32,000 nt of DNA from Planctopirus limnophila DSM 3776 (GTDB lineage Bacteria; Planctomycetota; Planctomycetia; Planctomycetales; Planctomycetaceae), in the NCBI RefSeq assembly GCF_000092105.1, contig NC_014148.1:3480001-3512000 (forward strand), given 5' to 3'. The translations under genes were made by a program, and so were the position numbers. How positions within the stretch are numbered: position 1 is the stretch's first letter; the number at the start of each line of letters is the position of its first letter. Of this stretch, positions 25,338-32,000 are shown in pieces. The notes beneath the pieces are model-generated. The model worked only from the letters and a program-made list of their open reading frames with translations, made no database searches and was not told the DNA's origin.

Positions 25338-27875
25338 ATGCGTATCTGGCCAGGATCGCCAGCCCCACTGGGCGCGAAGTTTGACGGACGCGGAGTGAAC
25401 TTTGCGCTCTTCTCGGAGAATGCCAGCAAAGTCGAACTGTGCCTGTTTGATTCTGCCGAAGCGAAGGTGGAATCTTGCCGGATCACGCTCCCTGAGCAGA
25501 CGGATTTTGTCTGGCATGGATATCTGCCGGATGTAAAGCCCGGGCAGATCTACGGCTACCGGGTGCATGGTGACTATGCACCGCACGAAGGGCATCGCTT
25601 TAATCCTCACAAGATTGTGCTGGATCCTTATGCCATGGCCATTGCCCGGGATGTCCAATGGTCGGAAGAAATGTTCCCGTATGTCATCGGGCAGGAACAG
25701 CAGGATCTGCTCATCGATCGACGAGACAACAGTGCGTTTGCACCATTAGCCGCAGTGGTTGATCGAAGGTTTCGCTGGGGTCGCGATCGACATCCGAAAA
25801 CGCCCTGGCATGAAACACTCATCTATGAATTGCACGTCAAAGGATTCTCTCGACTGAGCCCGTGGGTTCCCCGTGAGTTGCGCGGTACCTATGCAGGGCT
25901 GGCTTGTGAGGGCTCCATCCGGCATCTGAAGGAACTGGGAGTTACTGCAGTCGAACTCATGCCAGTGCATCACTTCATTGATGACCATTTTCTGGTGACA
26001 CAAGGGAAGCGAAATTTCTGGGGTTACAACACCCTGGCCTTCTTTGCTCCGGCAATCAGGTATGCGGCAGACCCTTCGCCTCAGGGAGCAATTCTTGAGT
26101 TTAAAAAGATGGTCAAGACGCTGCACGCCCATGGCCTCGAAGTTATTCTCGACGTCGTTTACAACCATACGGCTGAAGGGAATCACCTGGGGCCCATGCT
26201 GTCGTTACGCGGGATTGATAACCGCAGTTACTATCGGCAGGTGGCAGATAACCGCCGCTACTATCTCGATTACACCGGCTGCGGTAACACCTTGAACATG
26301 GTCTGCCCGCGCGTGCTGCAATTGATTATGGACAGCCTCCGTTACTGGGTGCAGGAGATGCATGTCGATGGCTTCCGGTTTGATCTGGCTGCCACACTGG
26401 CCCGCGAACTGCATGCTGTTGATAAGCTGGGAGCCTTTTTTGACATCATCCATCAGGACCCTGTCCTCTCCCAGGTGAAGCTGATTGCCGAGCCATGGGA
26501 TCTGGGTGAAGGTGGCTATCAGGTAGGCAACTTTCCAGTCCTGTGGACGGAATGGAACGGGAAGTATCGCGATTGTGTACGTCGTTTCTGGAAAGGTGAT
26601 GGCCACACAGTTTCTGAGTTAGCCACGAGAATCTGCGGGTCGAGTGATCTGTATGAACACAATGGCCGCCGACCTTATGCGAGTATTAACTTTGTCACGG
26701 CGCACGACGGATTCACTCTGCAGGATCTGGTTTCGTACAACCACAAACATAATGAAGCCAATGGCCAGAACAACGAAGACGGCGACAGTCACAACAACAG
26801 CTGGAATTGTGGAGCCGAAGGGCCCACGAGCGACCCGGCGATCCTGGCTTTGCGAGAGCGGCAGAAGCGTAATCTGATGGCGACGCTGCTTTTCTCTCAA
26901 GGAGTGGCCATGATTCGCTCGGGTGATGAACTCAGCCAGTCTCAAGGTGGGAACAACAATGTCTACAATCAGGATAACGCCACCAGTTGGCTGAACTGGC
27001 GGATTGATCCCACGCAGCAGCGGTTTCTGGACTTTACCAAAAAGTGCATCAAGCTCTGGAAAAGCCAGCCTGTACTCCAGCGGAGAAACTTCTTTCAGGG
27101 GCGGGAACTGCGCGGCCAAGGTGTGCAGGATATTGTCTGGCTGACACCTGATGGCCTCGAAATGACCGATGCTGACTGGAATGCAGGCCACGCTCGCTGC
27201 CTGGGTGTGATTCTTGATGGCAGTCAGATTACCGAGATGAACGAACGGGGCGAGCGGATTGAAGGTGATACGCTGTTCTTACTGATCAATGCCCACCACG
27301 AAGAGATTTCCTTTCGCTTGCCTGAATATGGATTCGGCGACCTGAGTGAAATCTCGTCTGAGCAATGGAGATCAGCACCAGACAAGAAGCCTGCGGCAGT
27401 GAATTCGTCCGTCGTTGTCGATGAGGAGGCTCCAGCGACGGATGTTTCGATGCCTGCCGGCAGTGGGATCGTCAAGACCGAGTCTCGACCTACCTCCGCC
27501 GAACTAATCACAAGATCAGCCGCGATGGTCAACAAGGTACCCGCCCCTGAACCATCGATGCCGGTCGTTGAGAATCAGGTCGAGGTTGCGAGTGAGCCGG
27601 ATGCGACACCAGTCGCAACCAAAGAGGAGAGCGAATCTGCTGAAATTCAGGTGACGCCCTCTGCCCGACGAATGTTCTGGAAGCCTCTGGTCGATACGAC
27701 TTTCGACGACCAGATCCTTCCCAAAAAGGTGTGGCCCGGGCAGTTGTATCCATTGCAGGGGCGCAGCCTGGTGTTGTTCAAGAGGCAGGTGGTGAAGCCC
27801 GGCTTAGTGAGCCGCTTGTTCCCCGTGTTGGCACCCGTTGCCGGGGAAACAGAGAAATCAACGGCCAATATCTGA
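25338..27875 (+). CDS. glgX: glycogen debranching enzyme (isoamylase-type, GH13)
   Basis: The N-terminus MRIWPGSPAPLGAKFDGRGVNFALFSENASKVELCLFD is typical of GlgX. GH13 catalytic regions are present: DVVYNHTAEGN, GFRFDLA, EPWD and FVTAHDGFTL. At 845 aa it is long for the family because of a low-complexity insertion near the C-terminus. Confidence 0.94.
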   Translation: MRIWPGSPAPLGAKFDGRGVNFALFSENASKVELCLFDSAEAKVESCRITLPEQTDFVWHGYLPDVKPGQIYGYRVHGDYAPHEGHRFNPHKIVLDPYAMAIARDVQWSEEMFPYVIGQEQQDLLIDRRDNSAFAPLAAVVDRRFRWGRDRHPKTPWHETLIYELHVKGFSRLSPWVPRELRGTYAGLACEGSIRHLKELGVTAVELMPVHHFIDDHFLVTQGKRNFWGYNTLAFFAPAIRYAADPSPQGAILEFKKMVKTLHAHGLEVILDVVYNHTAEGNHLGPMLSLRGIDNRSYYRQVADNRRYYLDYTGCGNTLNMVCPRVLQLIMDSLRYWVQEMHVDGFRFDLAATLARELHAVDKLGAFFDIIHQDPVLSQVKLIAEPWDLGEGGYQVGNFPVLWTEWNGKYRDCVRRFWKGDGHTVSELATRICGSSDLYEHNGRRPYASINFVTAHDGFTLQDLVSYNHKHNEANGQNNEDGDSHNNSWNCGAEGPTSDPAILALRERQKRNLMATLLFSQGVAMIRSGDELSQSQGGNNNVYNQDNATSWLNWRIDPTQQRFLDFTKKCIKLWKSQPVLQRRNFFQGRELRGQGVQDIVWLTPDGLEMTDADWNAGHARCLGVILDGSQITEMNERGERIEGDTLFLLINAHHEEISFRLPEYGFGDLSEISSEQWRSAPDKKPAAVNSSVVVDEEAPATDVSMPAGSGIVKTESRPTSAELITRSAAMVNKVPAPEPSMPVVENQVEVASEPDATPVATKEESESAEIQVTPSARRMFWKPLVDTTFDDQILPKKVWPGQLYPLQGRSLVLFKRQVVKPGLVSRLFPVLAPVAGETEKSTANI

Positions 27876-28008
27876 TACGGATTCCAGGATTTCATAGCGA
27901 CGAGTGTGCCATGCTTGCGGCTCGGTGCGAACAGCTTGATCGACTCTCTACGCGTATTTGATCTCTGGGATAGGTATGAGCTTCAATCGAAGCGATATGC
28001 CTCGGCAG

Positions 28009-30030
28009 TTACTCCACCAGCAGGAGTGGAGTAACATCGCCGGTTTTGGTATCGAGGCTGCCGATCAGTGTTTCTTTGGCCGTATGGTGCCCCAGGACAG
28101 CACGCGGATACTCAGTAGGTTTCAAGCTGCGATAAACGACGAGTTGAAAACTCCCCAGTTGCAGTCGATAGCCGACTCCTTCATCGTCGCGGACAATGCG
28201 CGAATCTTCCGTGACAGTAAGCTTACGCCAGATGGCTGGCCGCTTGAGAAGTTTTGCATCCCAGACAACAACGCAAACAGCATAGACGGCTTTACCCTGG
28301 GCTTTGTATTGGAACACCAGGTTCCCATCATGTGGCTCGACGGTATGCGGAGTGGAATAGATTTTTTGCTGTGGCAGTTCCAGTGGAAAGACTCTTCCTA
28401 CCAGCTTGCCCTGCTTTTTGAGCTGCCACTCCCGAGTGAGTCGATCACTTTCAACTGTCAGCTCCGGGCTGATGGGAAGTGACGTTTTAAGTGCGTACTC
28501 GCCCGCCGATTTGCCACGCAGAATTTCACCGAAGAGGGCGAAACCTTGAGAGCGAGACAGGTAGTTCTGCCGTTCGAGAAAAAGTCGCTCCGGCCCGATC
28601 ATCTGGAGTTCTGCGTAATCGCCATCTTCGTCGGCATTCCAGCAGACACACGACCAGCCATCGGCGAGTTCAAGCTGGCCTGCTGGTGTCGAGGCTTCGA
28701 TACCGCAGGAGCCTCGAATCAGCGTTGTGTTGCCCGTCGAAAGATCCACATCGGGCCACGGCTTATGATAGGCGATGGTGCAGGCCGCCTGAGTCGCTTC
28801 CCAGCCAGCCTTGAGTACCGCTGTATGTGCCCAATCGGACTGGCTGGATGCGAACTCGCTACTGGAGCTGCGGGTCTCAGTTGCTGAACGCCCTTTGCTG
28901 GCTGTGGCATGCTGTTTCGCCAGCCCCTGTGCAGCACTTTTGGGTGGAAATGCCAGGAACTGGCTGGCAGCCTGATAAACATGTCGAATCGCAGAAAACT
29001 TGTGAATCGAGTGGGCCATCTGGCCATCTTGACGGATCAATCGGGCTGATTCTTCGAGAACCGCCGCCAGCAATTCGAGATGAGCACCGGATGTGAGATT
29101 ACGGACGCGACCAGACCATTTGCCGGGACGACTGGCTTTCGCGTTGACATACGCGGCAGCCCGGACATGCACGGCCAACCACGAAGAGAGGACTGGCAAC
29201 AACTCGGCATGAGGCGTGCCATCCGTATCAGTATGACTCTTGAGATCGCTGGCAAGATCCTTGGCGGCTGATTCCATGTCAGCCGTCCCTTTCATGGTCT
29301 CGGCATAGACCAGAGAGCGCAGAAGGTGAGCTTCGAATTGAGCTGCGACCACATCCGGCCGTGGATCGATGACTGGAGGAGACGATTCAAAACTCCGCGC
29401 AAAGAGGATGGAAAAGTCGTCAGGAGCAATTTCGTTTGAAAACTTGAAAAGTGTTTCCAGAGCCACCAGCAATTCAGGAAGAGTGAAGGCGCGAGTCGCA
29501 GCAATGCTCGCCAGGAGTGCGGCAGGTTGATTGACCTTTCCGATGCGAGTGATGGATCGCGCTGAAGATTTGGCATTCGGCGCTAATGCCATCAAGCGGC
29601 TCAGTTCGTCATCGGAAGTGGAACTTCCCAATGTTTCCCATGTCCAGCCAGTGAGTGACTCATTCAATACCGGCCTGCCGGAGACAGAAGGACGAGCAGA
29701 CATTTTCTGGCGCTGCTTCTCGAACCATGCCGGGAGAGCTGAGGAGCGAACTGCCTGTGAGATTTCTTCCCCGCACGCCGCCTTCCAGGGAAGAGCCTTC
29801 GCCAGGCTTTTAAGAACCGTCGCGTGCGGCAATGAACCCGTTACCAGTGGTTTCTGGCGAGCCACCGAGGGGGCCGCTTTGATAGCTCGTGAAGGTCGCG
29901 AAGGTAGATTCATGAGACTCTGACATTCCACAGGTGGATACACACAAAACCAGGCAAGTCCAGCAAGCACACTGGCAAGCTGGCAAACTTTTGACGTCTG
30001 CAACGGCGGAATCAACCGGAAAATTCTCAC
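28009..30030 (-). CDS. hypothetical protein (673 aa), helical N-terminal half and beta-rich C-terminal half
   Basis: Uninterrupted 2-kb ORF. The hydrophobic N-terminus is CQLASVLAGLAWFCVYPP. The C-terminal part (ADGWSCVCWNADEDGDYAELQMIG...VYAVCVVVWDAKL...) loosely recalls heparinase II/III-type helical-plus-beta-sandwich layouts. I cannot support a family call. Confidence 0.78.
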   Translation of the reverse strand: MRIFRLIPPLQTSKVCQLASVLAGLAWFCVYPPVECQSLMNLPSRPSRAIKAAPSVARQKPLVTGSLPHATVLKSLAKALPWKAACGEEISQAVRSSALPAWFEKQRQKMSARPSVSGRPVLNESLTGWTWETLGSSTSDDELSRLMALAPNAKSSARSITRIGKVNQPAALLASIAATRAFTLPELLVALETLFKFSNEIAPDDFSILFARSFESSPPVIDPRPDVVAAQFEAHLLRSLVYAETMKGTADMESAAKDLASDLKSHTDTDGTPHAELLPVLSSWLAVHVRAAAYVNAKASRPGKWSGRVRNLTSGAHLELLAAVLEESARLIRQDGQMAHSIHKFSAIRHVYQAASQFLAFPPKSAAQGLAKQHATASKGRSATETRSSSSEFASSQSDWAHTAVLKAGWEATQAACTIAYHKPWPDVDLSTGNTTLIRGSCGIEASTPAGQLELADGWSCVCWNADEDGDYAELQMIGPERLFLERQNYLSRSQGFALFGEILRGKSAGEYALKTSLPISPELTVESDRLTREWQLKKQGKLVGRVFPLELPQQKIYSTPHTVEPHDGNLVFQYKAQGKAVYAVCVVVWDAKLLKRPAIWRKLTVTEDSRIVRDDEGVGYRLQLGSFQLVVYRSLKPTEYPRAVLGHHTAKETLIGSLDTKTGDVTPLLLVE

Positions 30031-30068
30031 CAGTTACGCCAGTTGAGTTTGCAAGAGCTCTGTTTTCA

Positions 30069-30096
30069 AGTGGTCAAGGCTCTTTTCTTGACCACT
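30069..30096. promoter_or_regulatory. perfect 10-bp inverted repeat with 8-nt loop in the divergent spacer
   Basis: agtggtcaag (30069-30078) and cttgaccact (30087-30096). It lies 39 bp upstream of the 673-aa gene start at 30030 and 167 bp upstream of the flgF ATG. Confidence 0.3.
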
Positions 30097-30209
30097 CGTG
30101 GTTTGAGTGCCATTTTCAAATCCAGCAGGCTCACGAAAAGTGGCTGTTAATCTGTAGCGGTTATACTCAAGTTAACGCCTCGGAACCGTCGATGTTTGCA
30201 GATAAGTGC

Positions 30210-30228
30210 CTCTCCAAAGGTTGGAGAG
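30210..30228. promoter_or_regulatory. 8-bp inverted repeat with 3-nt loop just upstream of flgF
   Basis: ctctccaa (30210-30217), agg, ttggagag (30221-30228). It ends 34 bp before the flgF ATG 30263. It could be a leader hairpin or an operator. Confidence 0.25.
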
Positions 30229-30262
30229 CTGTCAAATTCCGGCGAAATCTGCAGGTCAGACC

Positions 30263-31033
30263 ATGCTGTACGGCCTCTATCTCTCTGCTCAAGGTGCAGA
30301 ATCGCAGGCTATGCGGCAAGGTGTGCTGGCGAACAATCTGGCCAACGTCGGCACCAATGCCTTCAAGCCAGATATCGCCGTATTTCGCTCTTACTTTCCT
30401 TACGACGTCGCACATCAGGAACCCCAAAGAGCCCCTGATACGATTGATCTGGAAACTGGTGGCGTCGCACTCGAAGGAACAATTACCGACTTTTCGCAAG
30501 GATCACTCAAGCCGACAGGAAAGTCGACAGATGCCGCCTTGCTGGGAGACGGCTTTTACCAGCTCAAAATGGGGAACGAAACACTTTTAACCCGAGACGG
30601 TTCGTTTGAACTCGATGCCGATGGACAACTGGTCCATGCAGGAACAGGTGCTCCAGTGCTTGATCCCGATGGCAGTGAGATTGTCATTCCACCGGAAATG
30701 ATTGACCTGCAGATTGGCGATGATGGTCAGATTTCGGGAGTCGGGCCCAACGGCATCGTTTTGCCAATCAGTCAGTTGGCAGTGGTGGTTCCGACTCGAT
30801 TAACCGAACTGCAGAAGCGTGGTGATGGGATGTACTCGACAAAGCTTCCTGTTGCCGAAGCACCACCGGAGACCAGAGTTCGGCAAGGATTCGTCGAAGC
30901 CTCCAATGCCGATCCGATGCAGGGGACACTCGAACTGATCGAGGTCTCGCGTGGGTTTGAATCAAACGTGAACATGATGCGTATGCAGGATGAGATGCTG
31001 GGGCGGTTACTACAAGCCATTCCCCGAAGATAG
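30263..31033 (+). CDS. flgF: flagellar basal-body rod protein FlgF-like
   Basis: MLYGLYLSAQGAESQAMRQGVLANNLANVGTNAFKPD is the N-terminal rod-protein motif. The C-terminus VRQGFVEASNADPMQGTLELIEVSRGFESNVNMMRMQDEML is the conserved rod/hook C-terminal motif. It lies directly upstream of flgG. The start is set at ATG 30263. Confidence 0.85.
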   Translation: MLYGLYLSAQGAESQAMRQGVLANNLANVGTNAFKPDIAVFRSYFPYDVAHQEPQRAPDTIDLETGGVALEGTITDFSQGSLKPTGKSTDAALLGDGFYQLKMGNETLLTRDGSFELDADGQLVHAGTGAPVLDPDGSEIVIPPEMIDLQIGDDGQISGVGPNGIVLPISQLAVVVPTRLTELQKRGDGMYSTKLPVAEAPPETRVRQGFVEASNADPMQGTLELIEVSRGFESNVNMMRMQDEMLGRLLQAIPRR

Positions 31034-31115
31034 TGCGATCACAACGCTCGCCAACACAAACGACAATTGTCCGTAGACAGATCATCTGAGTGATTTTTAC
31101 TGAAGGAGGTTCCTC

Positions 31116-31916
31116 ATGCTATACCGCGCGATGTATACGGCGGCTTCGGGCATGCAGGCCTACATGTTCAACCTCGATACGATTGCCAATAACCTGGCGA
31201 ACGCGGGGACGAACGGCTTCAAACGCTCGCGTACCGATTTTGAAGATCTGTACTACCAATACTATAAGCTACCTGGCACACAGGATACTCTGGGCAATTA
31301 TACACCCATTGGTACAGCCGCCGGCCTGGGCGTGCGTGTGGCGGGGACTCAGATCGACTTCTCTCAGGGAGCACTGCTGGAGACAGGACGTCAACTGGAT
31401 ATGGCCATCACCGGCGATGGCTTCTTCATGGTTCGCGGCAACAACCAGCTTTTTTATACAAGGCGCGGCGAATTCACGGTGAACTCGAACGGTGATGTTG
31501 TCCTCGCCTCGGCCGACATTGGGCGGTTGATTGACCCACCCATTAACATCCCGCCTGATACGGTTGATATTGGCATCTCGGCCGAAGGGATCGTCTCAGT
31601 CATTCAGGCTGGTTCGACAGTTCAGAATCAAGTTGGGCAAATTCAACTCGCAAGATTTATCAATCCCGAAGGTTTGTATCAGGCAGGCGAGAGTTTGTAT
31701 GCGGTCACTGATGCCTCCGGGCAACCTTTGATCAGCAACCCTGGTGATCAGGGACTGGGTTTGATTCGACAGGGATTTCTGGAAATCTCGAATGTGGAAC
31801 CTGCCAACGAACTGGTGGATCTGATTAAAACCCAACGTAATGTGGAATTAAACAGCCAGGTGATTCAGGCTTCGGATCAGTTACTGCAACTCATTACGAA
31901 CTTGAGACGATACTAA
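31116..31916 (+). CDS. flgG: flagellar basal-body rod protein FlgG
   Basis: MLYRAMYTAASGMQAYMFNLDTIANNLANAGTNGFKRSRTDFEDLYYQ...IRQGFLEISNVEPANELVDLIKTQRNVELNSQVIQASDQLLQ. There is a strong GAAGGAGG Shine-Dalgarno element upstream. Confidence 0.93.
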   Translation: MLYRAMYTAASGMQAYMFNLDTIANNLANAGTNGFKRSRTDFEDLYYQYYKLPGTQDTLGNYTPIGTAAGLGVRVAGTQIDFSQGALLETGRQLDMAITGDGFFMVRGNNQLFYTRRGEFTVNSNGDVVLASADIGRLIDPPINIPPDTVDIGISAEGIVSVIQAGSTVQNQVGQIQLARFINPEGLYQAGESLYAVTDASGQPLISNPGDQGLGLIRQGFLEISNVEPANELVDLIKTQRNVELNSQVIQASDQLLQLITNLRRY

Positions 31917-31931
31917 CTTATGAAGTGAATT

Positions 31932-31949
31932 GGCAGGCAGGAGCCTGCC
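31932..31949 (+). terminator. short GC-rich hairpin after flgG
   Basis: ggcagg (31932-37) and cctgcc (31944-49) with a 6-nt loop. No clear T-run follows. Confidence 0.2.
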
Positions 31950-32000
31950 CTACTTGTATTCAGCAGGGTGCCTGAAGTTCTGATGGAATGCACCTGACTT

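Noticed and set aside
26619-27191. 190-aa minus-strand ORF antisense to glgX
   Set aside because: Same-phase shadow ORF (both 0 mod 3). GH13 motifs fix the coding strand.
27958-28482. 174-aa plus-strand ORF overlapping the 3' end of the 673-aa gene. It reads fairly protein-like.
   Set aside because: It is in the shadow phase of the 2-kb minus ORF (both 1 mod 3) and is almost entirely nested in it. The minus frame is continuous with the rest of a 673-aa ORF, which is unlikely by chance. It is still worth checking with Ribo-seq if data exist.
30167-30195. Sigma-28-like promoter, tcaagtta ... gtcgatgt, upstream of flgF
   Set aside because: The half-sites match TAAAGTTT and GCCGATAA at 6/8 and 5/8. 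The spacer is 13 nt rather than the canonical 11, so support is insufficient.
1-32000. Search by eye for CRISPR arrays, tRNA/rRNA/tmRNA/RNase P/SRP signatures, transposase or integrase genes, terminal inverted repeats and riboswitch cores (for example a glutamine riboswitch before gltB)
   Set aside because: I found none. This was a visual scan only. Covariance-model searches (Infernal/Rfam, tRNAscan) would be the decisive check.

Overview
The window reads as ordinary chromosomal DNA dominated by housekeeping genes. I do not see a convincing novel multi-gene system: no CRISPR array, transposase or integrase, tRNA or rRNA, toxin-antitoxin pair, or recognisable defence gene.

Genes on the minus strand, left to right:
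- a 3'-truncated exported hypothetical protein
- cydB and cydA (cytochrome bd oxidase)
- a large modular lipoprotein-like hypothetical protein
- a small membrane protein
- rpiB
- gltD and gltB (glutamate synthase), preceded by a co-directional LysR-type regulator
- a FeoB-associated Cys-rich membrane protein
- a 673-aa hypothetical protein

Genes on the plus strand:
- a 585-aa secreted hypothetical protein
- feoA-feoA-feoB
- ppc (PEP carboxylase)
- glgX (glycogen debranching enzyme)
- flgF and flgG (flagellar rod)

Several things recall Planctomycetota: long ORF-free spacers, large secreted hypotheticals with P/S/Q-rich tails, and a small isolated flagellar cluster. That is an impression only, not a search result.

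Items worth a second look:
1. A perfect 19-bp palindrome in the divergent feo promoter.
2. An 881-aa lipoprotein-like protein built from five tandem modules of about 115 aa, convergent with another secreted hypothetical across a heptanucleotide microsatellite.
3. An 870-bp stretch (8061-8930) whose coding status is ambiguous on both strands.
4. Low-complexity insertions in FeoB and GlgX.
5. An 87-nt polypurine tract followed by a G-poor glgX leader.
6. A sigma-54-like -24/-12 element upstream of ppc.

All functional calls come from my recognition of family motifs in the supplied translations. No database search was possible.
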